Positions 17,972 through 27,377 are shown, counted from the stretch's first letter. The stretch is DNA of 32,000 nucleotides from Candidatus Brocadia sp. (GCA_021650915.1 CP091279.1:180001-212000), one strand, 5' to 3'. Notes: generated from the sequence alone by a model not told the origin. Made by a program: numbers and translations.

Positions 17972-19837
17972 TTACGGAGCCACTGTCGGTGTAGGCGAAA
18001 CAGTCTCTATAGGTTTAGTTTTGAAAGATTCTTCAGATCCCTCAGATTTGCCTAAAGTATTTTCTGCTGCAATTCTGTAATAATATGTAGCGCCAAGTAA
18101 TAAGCCTTTTATTTCAACATTTATTAGCTTCTCTTCCTTATCAGTTACCTCTATCTTATCAGACTGGCTTCCATATGCCCCACTGACTGTGCCGTAGTCA
18201 AACCAAGCTGTTGTTGAAGCGCCATTGGCAGTTACCATTCCATGCAGCGTAGCAGAATTTGCAGTTGTATTCGTGGCTGTACCTGTTTCCACCGTTGGGG
18301 TAGAGATTTTGGTAACGAATGAATTCTCACTTCCATAAGCCGTATCTGCGGAATTTTTTACTGCAATTCTGTAATGATATGTAGTAGCAGGCTTTAAATC
18401 ACTTATTTCAGCTGTTACCGGTGTATCGCCTGTTCCGGTTATTGTTCCCGGCTGCGCATCTTTTTTTCGGCTATAATTTCCGGATTGCGTGCCATAATCA
18501 AACCACGCGTTAGTGGATGCATCACTATTGGCAGTTACTGTCCCATGCAATGTAACAGAATTTGCAGTCATACTCGTAGCCGTACCTGTTTCTACTGTTG
18601 GTTTAGGGATTACCACGTCTACAGCAAAATTGCCTGAACGACCAAGCACATTAAACACGGTTACAGTCGAGGAACCTGGTCCAACGCCTTTAATTACGAT
18701 TCTATCAGTGCCCCGTTCAAAATCACTAATATTATCAACAGTCACTACTCTTATATCATCAGATGCATACGTTATTGCCTTGCTATTGATTACATGTACA
18801 GTATGAGTTCCTCCAACACTAATGCTCAATCTCGTTGGCACTACTTTGATTTCTCCCAACTTTTCAAGCATTCCTGTTGCCGCCTTTAAATCCTCGATTG
18901 TCGGAATCGTCTGAAATAACGCCTTATCAACCAGTTTTAGGCAAGCCGCTGTCTCTACCAAAAGCTGGCTTCCTTCCGGGGTAAGTTTTTCTGCACTTAT
19001 TGTGGTTATAGCCCCATTTTGTGTCATTTTCTGGTAATAACGCGCCTCAGCGTCCTGGAGTAATGCAAGTCCATCTTTGTATGCTCCAACCCTGTCTCTT
19101 GCCTGAAAGATATTCTGCAGTTCTGGTATAACAGCGCTAACTGCGGCCAAAGCAGCAGCAGTTGTTACATCCTTTGTAATAAGACCCAACGTTGCACCGG
19201 CAGCAGCAGCAAGTATCTGCACTGTACCCGAACCCAGCCGCACTCTTCTTCCAAAATCCATTCTCGCTCTTAGTGCCTTTTGTATATCACTGGAGAATCC
19301 AATAACATCCGCATCGGTTACTTTAACGTCTTTCAACGGCACGCTCACTCCAAGCCCAGTAAATTCAATACTATTATCCTTTACTTTGAACTTCATTCCA
19401 TTTACAGCATATTCTTTTTCCTCATACTTAATCAAATCATTGAGTACTGGTTTGATATTTTCTTCTATAATCTGGTCTTCAGGTTTTAAATTAACCGTTT
19501 GGATATGTATTTTGATTTTGTCCGTGCATGCCTTTATCAGCTCATCTTTCTTTTTTTCTTTATTTTCACTATCTACCAACTCTCGGAGGGCCTTTTTGAC
19601 CTCACCTTCTTTACCTGGCTTAATAAAATCACGGATCTTTTCTACACTCTTCTCTATATTGTCATCTTTTGTCATAACCATAGAACGAGCCCACACCCTG
19701 TCCAGCAAGGTAGGTTGATATTTATAATATTTTTTATCTGCTCTAAAGGGGTGATAACCACATCCAACAATACTGCTTGATGACACAGAAAAAACCAAAA
19801 AATATACTAATTTACTGCTTTTCACACGGTTACCCAC
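17972..19837 (-). CDS. Lipoprotein with coiled/helical N-terminal region, Ig-like (Big-type) domain and two Fn3-like repeats
   Basis: 621 aa; SSSIVGCGYHP lipobox-like; LSISVGGTHTVHVINSKAITYASDD...GVGPGSSTVTVFN; two PTVETGTAT..TANS.TLHGTVTAN repeats. Confidence 0.75.
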   Translation of the reverse strand: MGNRVKSSKLVYFLVFSVSSSSIVGCGYHPFRADKKYYKYQPTLLDRVWARSMVMTKDDNIEKSVEKIRDFIKPGKEGEVKKALRELVDSENKEKKKDELIKACTDKIKIHIQTVNLKPEDQIIEENIKPVLNDLIKYEEKEYAVNGMKFKVKDNSIEFTGLGVSVPLKDVKVTDADVIGFSSDIQKALRARMDFGRRVRLGSGTVQILAAAAGATLGLITKDVTTAAALAAVSAVIPELQNIFQARDRVGAYKDGLALLQDAEARYYQKMTQNGAITTISAEKLTPEGSQLLVETAACLKLVDKALFQTIPTIEDLKAATGMLEKLGEIKVVPTRLSISVGGTHTVHVINSKAITYASDDIRVVTVDNISDFERGTDRIVIKGVGPGSSTVTVFNVLGRSGNFAVDVVIPKPTVETGTATSMTANSVTLHGTVTANSDASTNAWFDYGTQSGNYSRKKDAQPGTITGTGDTPVTAEISDLKPATTYHYRIAVKNSADTAYGSENSFVTKISTPTVETGTATNTTANSATLHGMVTANGASTTAWFDYGTVSGAYGSQSDKIEVTDKEEKLINVEIKGLLLGATYYYRIAAENTLGKSEGSEESFKTKPIETVSPTPTVAP

Positions 19838-20085
19838 ATGATTCTCCTTTTTTCTTTTGGCGTATGAATTTTGCTGAAGAAAATTTACAAAGACTCATCA
19901 ACATACAGCCTCGTTATGAAGCACATCATTTATGCACCCATAAAAGGTCTAACATACCGATATTTATTAATTCCCACCCCTGACACTTTTTTAGGTATTT
20001 TTTCGCACCTCCTTTTATAAACCCTTCTAAACTGACCTTGTTGATCAGCCATAATGTTTTATTTTCAGGACCCTTTCACCATAAT

Positions 20086-20136
20086 AAAAAAAGCCTTACT
20101 GCAAAGATTTTTCAAAACATCTTCGGCAGTAAGGCT
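20086..20136 (-). terminator. Rho-independent terminator overlapping riboswitch copy 3
   Basis: Minus strand GCCTTACTGC...GCAGTAAGGC followed by TTTTTTTATT. Confidence 0.85.
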
Positions 20137-20235
20137 GTCTTTATTCCTGGGGATCGTGTTTTCTAAACCACTTCCGTGTCGGCTTAAAGATCCACTACTT
20201 TGCGCCCCCTGATCACTCAGGGTTTACCTTTCTCG
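20118..20235 (-). promoter_or_regulatory. c-di-GMP-I (GEMM-I)-like riboswitch, copy 3, leader of the multi-hydrolase cluster
   Basis: Minus strand AAAGGUAAACCCTGA-GTGA-TCAGGGGGCGCAAAG...GGATC...AGCCTTACTGCCGAAG. Confidence 0.78.
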
Positions 20236-20389
20236 TTATGTTTCCTAAAATGATAATTCGCAAAATAGTAGCCATTGAAAGGTAATAATAACAATTTTAG
20301 TGAATCATTTCATAATTCCCTGAATTCATGAGGCTTACAAATAGGAAAAGTCTAGGAATAGCTAACGGTAAGCGAAAGGAGGTTGGCAA

Positions 20390-20448
20390 AAAAGTGTGTC
20401 ATGGCACAGATGTGCCAGTTACAAAAGTGTGCCATGACACACTTTTTA
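20390..20448. repeat. Perfect 20-bp inverted repeat (hairpin)
   Basis: AAAAAGTGTGTCATGGCACA (20390-20409) and TGTGCCATGACACACTTTTT (20429-20448). Confidence 0.8.
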
Positions 20449-20694
20449 TTAAGGCATGCATTTGAGTTCTTCTGGAAAAGGAGAGAGCAGAAGTCTATCA
20501 AAAACCTTTAACACGCCTCAAGCCGCTCTTTTTAGAGTGGAGGTTAATGTTTCCGCTGCCAACAAAAGACTATGCATTTCCTTCCAAGCAAGCAAAAAAC
20601 TCTTTTCTCCAATACTAAGCGATGCTTCTTTTGTAGTATTTTCCAAAAGATGTTGATGTCTTTAGCAAAAATATAAAATAGGTTCTTCTCCCAA

Positions 20695-21168
20695 TTAGTT
20701 TGCAAAAGCTTGTATAATTTTTAATGAAAAGTACCGTTCGTCATGAAATCCATAAGCTTTTCTTTTGATAACTTTGATCTTATTATTAACCCCTTCGAGT
20801 TTACTGGTATGAATTTTATAATCGCAGTGATTCAAGATTCCGTAGCTGTATTTTGTAAGCATATTTGCAAACGTATTCACGACAGAATAGTTGAGCGTTT
20901 TCGCTAAGAGGCTCCATTCATCAATGGCTTTTCTCGCCCACGTCCGTGAGGTATAGGTCCAAATATGTTTGAGCTTATCTTTAAGAATCAGAATGGTATT
21001 TATGGTTTCATTAAGCGACAAGAGCTGTTTGAGATGTTCTCGATGTTTTTTCCTGCGAATATTTCGTTTGTTTTTTAACAAAAGATATTTTGAACCCTTT
21101 TTGGTATTCAGCATTTCGCACCTTGTCAATAACTTTACCAAAACTTGAAACCACATGAAACAGGTCAA
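20695..21168 (-). pseudogene. ISL3-like transposase C-terminal part, shifted frame
   Basis: Continues the transposase: SKYLLLKNKRNIRRKK...YGILNHCDYKIHTSKLEGVNNKIKVIKRKAYGFHDERYFSLKI. Confidence 0.8.
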
Positions 21169-21868
21169 AGACTATCTTAACATGAGGCACGTGCTTTTTT
21201 ACTGCATGAATATAAGGATCCCACATATCCATGGCAATGGCCTCAAGCGCCTGCCTTTGTTCCTCTGTCATACCCGCAAAGAAGGTTCCCAGCGTTTCTT
21301 TTGTTCTTTCCTTTCCCACCCAGACTACGCGGCCACTCAGATAGTCCAGAACAACAGTCAAATAGCGCTGTCCCTTCTTAACAGAGATTTCGTCTACTGC
21401 CAGTATGCGAAGATTCTGATAATCTGTCTGCGCGTATTGTCGTTCCAGAAAAAACGTATCGATGGTTTTTACGGTTTTCCAGTTAATTCCAAAATGTTTT
21501 GCAACTTCGGTTACGGCTAACACTTTACACAATTCGTGAATATACGCTGCTAAACGATGCGTAACACGACTGTAGGGTTGAAAAAAACCCAAGTCTTCAA
21601 CTACGATTCGATTGCATGACTCACAGGCAATCTTACGATACGAACAATTTATCCATACGCGAACTGAACCAGGATTCAGATCCCGCAAAGATCGTTTGTC
21701 ATGACGGTAAATGCGCTGTGCTTTGCTGCCACACGCATGACATATTGGACGAAATCGTTCATCGGGCACGGCAGTAAGCTGAGATATCTCAGCATCAGGA
21801 AAAACAGTTTGCTTCGTAATTCTTACCCGCTGAAAAGGAAAATATGGTAATATACTTAATGGGGACAT
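21011..21868 (-). pseudogene. ISL3-like transposase N-terminal part, frameshifted
   Basis: Zinc-ribbon-like CHACG...CESC, HTH region, catalytic-region motifs ILAVDEISVKKG and AIAMDMWDPYIHAV; coherent homology switches frame near a five-A run. Confidence 0.85.
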
Positions 21869-22229
21869 TGCTGGTCTCCTGTAAATAGTTTATAGAACGG
21901 TATATATCTATCTATAGGAAACACCAAATATCCACTCTTTTCACTGATTTAAAGGATTTTCTTCTCAATTCTTATTGACTAATTGGGAGAAGAACCCATT
22001 TTATCTAGCAATGAAACTAATTATTAACTTAATTAATGCAACAATCTATAACAGGCTGAAAAGAGTCAAGGGGGTTGTATTGATCGGCAGAGAGAGCAAT
22101 GACGTGCCGGTAAAGCTGAGGAGCTAAAAAGGAACAGAGGAAATAAACTATTGACAACGTTACTCATTATTTATCATAATTCGACTATGGAGAAAAACAG
22201 TATTCAGAAGCAATACGAGGTTTAAGGTT

Positions 22230-22931
22230 ATGCATCCCGTAAAATATTTTTCATGCAAATATGCGTTTATTTTGCTCATTTTTCTTGCCTCGTCCGGGTG
22301 CTTAAGCGGTCAAAGACCACCGGTAACGATTTCCCCGCAACTGGATAAAAGGGTGCGCGCGGTGACTCCGCTACCCATGAGCGTGGGTCTTTACATAGCG
22401 CCGCACTTGCGCAACTATGTTCAGGAAGCGCCAATAAAGCAATATGAGGCCGGCGCGCAGCTATATACCTTTCCCGACTTTGTTTTTCCTTTCGGCGAAC
22501 CTCTTGCCGCTAAGATTGAGGAAATGTCAAACATGTTATTCACCAGGGTAACCGTGCTCGATCACCTGCAAAATACGGCAAACACACCGAATGGAGCGCT
22601 GGATGGAATTTTGACCGTTGACCTGAAGAGTTCGGATATAGAACTGTATATTGAACAATCGGTATGGAGGGCTATTGGCAGGCATAATCTTTCCATTACG
22701 GCGTCTTTTTTCGATCTGAAGCAAAACAAAATATGGGAATCAGATATTGCCGTGGAAGGGAAGGGCCTGGATTTTATAACAAGCAGGGTCGAGCAGGAGT
22801 GGTGGGCGACGACCGGGCCGCGATTCGGGCCAGCGGTAGAGGATTCAATCCAGCAGATAACCTACGAACTTGCCAAAAAAATTACCACAGCGAAAGAAAT
22901 GACTGATTATATCGCCACATTAAAACAGTAA
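22230..22931 (+). CDS. Hypothetical lipoprotein
   Basis: 233 aa; FILLIFLASSGCLSG lipobox; only plus-strand gene between the two minus-strand blocks. Confidence 0.65.
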   Translation: MHPVKYFSCKYAFILLIFLASSGCLSGQRPPVTISPQLDKRVRAVTPLPMSVGLYIAPHLRNYVQEAPIKQYEAGAQLYTFPDFVFPFGEPLAAKIEEMSNMLFTRVTVLDHLQNTANTPNGALDGILTVDLKSSDIELYIEQSVWRAIGRHNLSITASFFDLKQNKIWESDIAVEGKGLDFITSRVEQEWWATTGPRFGPAVEDSIQQITYELAKKITTAKEMTDYIATLKQ

Positions 22932-22935
22932 GATG

Positions 22936-23865
22936 TTACGGATTCAGGATGATGGTGGCCTCCTGACGAAGTTGATTCAGTAATTTGAGAATTTCTGCGT
23001 CCAGCGCCTCTAAGCGCACCTTTTCCCTGACGTCATCAAACCGCACCGGCGCACCTTCTTTTTTCTCGGTAACCTTGATCAGGTGATAGCCATATTCCGT
23101 CTGTACCGGCCCGCTTACCTGACCTACCCTGAGCGAAAATGCCGTATCCAAAAAAGCCTTTGCGAAATTTTCCTTTCTCTGAATAAAACCTAAATTTCCT
23201 CCATCCTGAGCTGTCGGGCAGTCTGAATACTTTCTTGCAATCTCCTCAAAAGCTCCTCCCAGATCAATTTCCTTCTTGATATTTTTTATTCGTTCCAGCG
23301 CTTGTGCATGCTCTTTTTCCGATTTCATATCCCTGGTGTCGATAAGGATATGGCTTACCTTTACCGCTTCGCCGTTGAAGACGCCCTTGTTCTCCTCGAA
23401 ATATTTTTTTAAGGCTGTATCAGTAAGTTTTTTGTGGAAAAACCTTTCCAGGGCAATGGAGTGTTTCAGACTTTTTTTGAATTCATCGATATCAGAGCCT
23501 ATGGCGGAGAGGATACGTTCCAGTGATTGACTATCACCTTTCTGGCCGCCAGAGACCGTATTTTTTATCTGCCCGATTTCCCTTTCAATTTCCTCAGGGG
23601 CGACGATGATGCCCTGCTTGTCGATGAATTCATCTATCAGGATATCGGTAATTATCTGGTCGGTAATTTCCTGCTTCATTGCGCTGAAGGTTTCAGTATC
23701 CCGGCTCGTAACGTTTTTCATCCTGCCGGACACCATCTCCGCTGTTACGGGTTTGCCGTTTACGGTCGCGATAATGTCTTTGGGCGGTTCTTTTTCTGCA
23801 GAGAATACAGGGAGATGCAAACAGATTAAAAGCAAGCCGATGAGAGGCACTGCGAGTTTATTCAT
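22936..23865 (-). CDS. PpiC/SurA/PrsA-type periplasmic peptidylprolyl isomerase
   Basis: 309 aa; signal peptide; AKVNGKPVT-like N-terminal segment; parvulin core VKVSHILIDTRD...FEEIARKYSDCPTAQDGGNLGFI...GPVQTEYGYHLIKV. Confidence 0.92.
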   Translation of the reverse strand: MNKLAVPLIGLLLICLHLPVFSAEKEPPKDIIATVNGKPVTAEMVSGRMKNVTSRDTETFSAMKQEITDQIITDILIDEFIDKQGIIVAPEEIEREIGQIKNTVSGGQKGDSQSLERILSAIGSDIDEFKKSLKHSIALERFFHKKLTDTALKKYFEENKGVFNGEAVKVSHILIDTRDMKSEKEHAQALERIKNIKKEIDLGGAFEEIARKYSDCPTAQDGGNLGFIQRKENFAKAFLDTAFSLRVGQVSGPVQTEYGYHLIKVTEKKEGAPVRFDDVREKVRLEALDAEILKLLNQLRQEATIILNP

Positions 23866-25258
23866 GGCAATTCCTTTCTTTTATAATTCGAAGTTCCCGT
23901 ATCTTTTGCTGGAGGTTTTGGCGATGCATATCGAGCGCTTCAGCAGTACGGCTAACGTTCCCGTCACACTCTTCCAGTTTCTTTTGGATAAAATCACGTT
24001 CAAAATTTTCTATCAGGATCTTTTTTGCATCCCGGAACGAAAGGGTGTAATCAATGCTTTTCAAAGGAAGGGCGCTGCTTCCGGACAGTTTTATCTCTTC
24101 CGGCAGATCTGACGTGTCGAGGATTTCGTTATTGGAAAGCACCACGGCGCTCTCCAGGGCGTTTTTCAGCTGACGAATGTTGCCGGGCCAGTCATACGAC
24201 ACCAGATGCTTCATTGCTTCAGGGGTAATCGATGCAATGCGTTTCTGATGTTTTTCAGAAAAAGAGTGTAAAAAATGGTTTGCGAGCAAGGGTATGTCTT
24301 CCTTCCGGTGTCTCAAAGGGGGGAGTTTTATACTTACCACCTTGATCCGATAGTACAGGTCTTCCCGAAACCGGTTCTCCTCAATTTCCTCTTCAAGGTC
24401 GCGATGGGTGGCGCTGATAATACGGGTATCCACGGTGAGTGTTTCACTGCCGCCGAGACGTTCAAATTTTTGTTCCTGCAATACGCGGAGGAGTTTTGAT
24501 TGGGTGCTGGCGCTCATATCGCCGATTTCATCAAGGAATATCGTGCCCTTGTTTGCCAGCTCAAACTTTCCCAACCGCCGCTCCGCAGCGCCGGTGAACG
24601 CGCCCTTTTCATGGCCGAAGAGTTCGCTTTCAATCAACGTCTCCGGCACGGCGGCGCAATTCATAATAATGAGCGGTTCATTCCTGCGTTTGCTGCGCCG
24701 ATGAATTTCCCGGGCCACGAGTTCCTTTCCGCTGCCACTTTCACCCTGGATGAGCACGGTAACGTCGGTGGTGCCGACCTTTTCAATCCTATCGAACACC
24801 GCCTTCATGGATTCGCTCTGGCCGATGAGTTCGCCCATGCCTTCCAGTCTGCCGATCTCCAGCCGGAGCCTGGCGTTTTCCTCCTGTAAAACAAGCCGTT
24901 CGAAGGCGTTTTTTGCAATAATCCGGAGCTCATCGATTTCATAAGGTTTTGCAATATAATCATACGCGCCCCTTTTCATGGCCTCAACGGCAATTTTTTC
25001 GGAGCCATAGGCAGTGACGATCACTACCAGGGGAGGGTTCTGCAGGGCGTTGATCATTTCAAGGGTTTTCATGCCGTCGGGCTGCGGCATATTAATGTCC
25101 AGGAGGACCAGAGCGGGACGCAGGGTTTTTATCATCTGGAGCGCATCGGCACCATCCCTTGCCTCATGGACGATATAATTATCTTTGAGGAGCGCCTTCT
25201 TCATCCCGTAGCGCGCGGCCTTTTCGTCGTCTATAATGAGTACGGATGGCTTGAACAT
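23858..25258 (-). CDS. NtrC-family sigma54-dependent response regulator
   Basis: 466 aa; receiver domain (LIIDDEKAA, LLDINMP, KPYEIDEL), AAA+ (GESGSGKE, ELFGHEKGAFTGA), Fis HTH (GNVSRTAEALDMHRQNLQQKI). Confidence 0.94.
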   Translation of the reverse strand: MFKPSVLIIDDEKAARYGMKKALLKDNYIVHEARDGADALQMIKTLRPALVLLDINMPQPDGMKTLEMINALQNPPLVVIVTAYGSEKIAVEAMKRGAYDYIAKPYEIDELRIIAKNAFERLVLQEENARLRLEIGRLEGMGELIGQSESMKAVFDRIEKVGTTDVTVLIQGESGSGKELVAREIHRRSKRRNEPLIIMNCAAVPETLIESELFGHEKGAFTGAAERRLGKFELANKGTIFLDEIGDMSASTQSKLLRVLQEQKFERLGGSETLTVDTRIISATHRDLEEEIEENRFREDLYYRIKVVSIKLPPLRHRKEDIPLLANHFLHSFSEKHQKRIASITPEAMKHLVSYDWPGNIRQLKNALESAVVLSNNEILDTSDLPEEIKLSGSSALPLKSIDYTLSFRDAKKILIENFERDFIQKKLEECDGNVSRTAEALDMHRQNLQQKIRELRIIKERNCHE

Positions 25259-25262
25259 GGTC

Positions 25263-27377
25263 TCAGGTCTGTATGAATGCCGGTTCGTGAAAAGGAAAGT
25301 TTATTACGAATGCCGCGCCCTGCCCATCACTTTCCACATCGATGGTGGCTTCCATGTCTTCGAGTTTTTTCTTTACAATAGAGAGGCCCAATCCTGTTCC
25401 CGTCTGTTTCGTGGTATAAAAAGGCTCGAATATTTTCTGGAACGATTCCCGGGGTATGCCGGGGCCGGTATCGGCAATTGTTACCTGAATTGCATGCCTT
25501 TCCTGCTGGACGTGGGCGTGAATAAGTATTGTCCCGCCGGATGGCATTGCTTGGATGGCATTGTGGAACAGGTTAAAAAAAACCTCCTTTAATGCCCCCC
25601 CATCGGCAGTAATTGCGGGGAGGTCGTGGGGGATGTTGCAGGATGTCGTAATCTTATTCTGCTTTGCTTCATGATTGAGCACAACAAGGGTTGAGTGAAT
25701 AACGTCTCCGATTCTGACGCTGGTTCTTGTGTCGCTTCCTGGTTTCGCAAATTGCAGCAGTTGATTGACAACCTTTGTCAGACGATCTATTTCGTCCACG
25801 ATAATAGCGAGATCCTCCTGCAAAGGATCATTTTCCCTTATATCTTCCCGCATCACCTGCACGATGGCTTTTATCGAGCTCAGCGGATTTTTTACTTCAT
25901 GAGCCACGCTGGTGGAGAGACGCCCAAGGCTGGATAATTTTTCATTTTCATACATCTTCCGTTCCAGGGCAAGTTTCTCCTCAATAATCTTTGACTTTTC
26001 AACCGCGGAGCCAATGTCGTTGGCAATAATCATCAACTGATCCAGATTATCAGAGGCAAGCTGTATGCCTCGTTTTACCCGTCCCAGGCTCAGAAGACCG
26101 GTGAGTTTCCGATTGACAAAGATCGGGAAGATGAAAATGGCATCGAGCAGCCGCATCTCATTAATGACAGAAACATCTTTTACCTCATAGCGGTTTAATA
26201 CGATAAATTCACCCTTGGCAAAAAACTGCAGAATATGCTGTATCTTTTCCAGGGAAATGGGTTCGTATCGTTTCTCCCCAATAACCTGAATCCGGTCGCT
26301 CTTAAAGAGAAGGAGGTTGGTCGATTTGATGGCAGTTGCTTTCCGAATAGACTCGACGACCTGCTCCAGCAGTTTGGTGAAGTGAATGAGGGGATCGGTG
26401 CTAATAACGTGACTCAGTTCGTTTAAGAGATATTCACTGTCCACCGTACGGTAAAAGATCAGTTTCCGGAAAAGCTTTTGCATCTTCTCCCTAAGGGTCG
26501 GAAACCAGAATACCAGGTTAATGACAAAGACCGCCTCCAGCATCCGCGCATTTACCAGATAGTGGTGCTCCAGATATTTACTGAATTGTTTGATGCCGAA
26601 ATAATAAAGACAAATTAAGATCAGGGTGAGAAATGAATAGAAGGCGCTGCGCCGGAGGACAAACTCCATGTAATTATACCGGTAAACATAGTAGGCGAAA
26701 ATAATGCTGGGGAAGATGGATGACAACATGGAAGCCAGCACCAGATAGTCTCCTGCATAGGGAATCTTGTTGCCGTTCAGGAGCACCGTGAATCCGATAA
26801 AAACGGCTATGGTCGTCACCACCCAAAAGATCGCCAGATGAAATTTGCGTTCTTCCTTTTCATCTCCCATTTTTGAAAGCCAGCGGGAAATACCCGCAGA
26901 AATGAACAGGGAAAGGAGCAGCCAGAATACAAAAGGCTTCACATAGTGAGTCGCAAGTGCGGTCAAAGAGGAATCTGAGAGCTCGATAAAATTCCTGATA
27001 ACCCGTGAAAAAGGTATAACAGGGAGATAAATACCCACGATAATAAGCCGTTGCAGGGATTTTCTGATATGCGGATTATTCTCAAAAAGAAAAGAAACCG
27101 CCGTATGGAGCAACAAGCTGGGCATGAAGCCGATCCCGGTGTAGGAAATCGCATCAGCAATAAAATTTACCGAGAAGAGACTTTTCCGAAACAGGAGAAA
27201 GCTGAAGAGTGAAACCGAATTTCCAAAGTGCCACATGGCCACACTGATGACAAGGAAGAGAAAAATGAGTTCGCTTCCCGTCTTGTGCTTTCGTTGCACG
27301 ATAAGGATGGAGAGCACGATGTGCAGGATAGTGCCCAGAATGAAGCCGATAAGGGAGATAATTTCGTAGAGCTGCAT
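25263..27377 (-). CDS. Sensor histidine kinase with multi-TM N-terminus and GAF-like domain
   Basis: 704 aa; many TM segments; HisKA SVAHEVKNPLSSIKA; HATPase EVFFNLFHNAIQAM, DTGPGI, TGTGLGLSIVKK. Confidence 0.92.
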   Translation of the reverse strand: MQLYEIISLIGFILGTILHIVLSILIVQRKHKTGSELIFLFLVISVAMWHFGNSVSLFSFLLFRKSLFSVNFIADAISYTGIGFMPSLLLHTAVSFLFENNPHIRKSLQRLIIVGIYLPVIPFSRVIRNFIELSDSSLTALATHYVKPFVFWLLLSLFISAGISRWLSKMGDEKEERKFHLAIFWVVTTIAVFIGFTVLLNGNKIPYAGDYLVLASMLSSIFPSIIFAYYVYRYNYMEFVLRRSAFYSFLTLILICLYYFGIKQFSKYLEHHYLVNARMLEAVFVINLVFWFPTLREKMQKLFRKLIFYRTVDSEYLLNELSHVISTDPLIHFTKLLEQVVESIRKATAIKSTNLLLFKSDRIQVIGEKRYEPISLEKIQHILQFFAKGEFIVLNRYEVKDVSVINEMRLLDAIFIFPIFVNRKLTGLLSLGRVKRGIQLASDNLDQLMIIANDIGSAVEKSKIIEEKLALERKMYENEKLSSLGRLSTSVAHEVKNPLSSIKAIVQVMREDIRENDPLQEDLAIIVDEIDRLTKVVNQLLQFAKPGSDTRTSVRIGDVIHSTLVVLNHEAKQNKITTSCNIPHDLPAITADGGALKEVFFNLFHNAIQAMPSGGTILIHAHVQQERHAIQVTIADTGPGIPRESFQKIFEPFYTTKQTGTGLGLSIVKKKLEDMEATIDVESDGQGAAFVINFPFHEPAFIQT

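Larger units (their letters stand above)
20675..22002 (-). mobile_element. ISL3-like insertion sequence
   Basis: Transposase ORFs bounded by 25-bp near-identical inverted repeats AAAATAGGTTCTTCTCCCAATTAGT (20675-20699) / ACTAATTGGGAGAAGAACCCATTTT (21978-22002), 24/25 match. No clear target duplication seen. Confidence 0.85.

Noticed and set aside
21085-21120. Programmed -1 ribosomal frameshift in the IS transposase
   Set aside because: Restoring the homologous frame requires a +1 shift (or loss of one A), not the -1 slip used by many IS elements; a simple indel is more economical.
23606-24112. 168 aa plus-strand ORF
   Set aside because: Antisense to the PPIase and response-regulator genes, which have clear domain motifs.
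23858-27377. PrsK/PrsR PEP-CTERM-associated two-component system
   Set aside because: The kinase has a standard HisKA motif (AHEVKNPLSS) and the regulator looks like generic NtrC; I could not support the specific PrsK/PrsR assignment.
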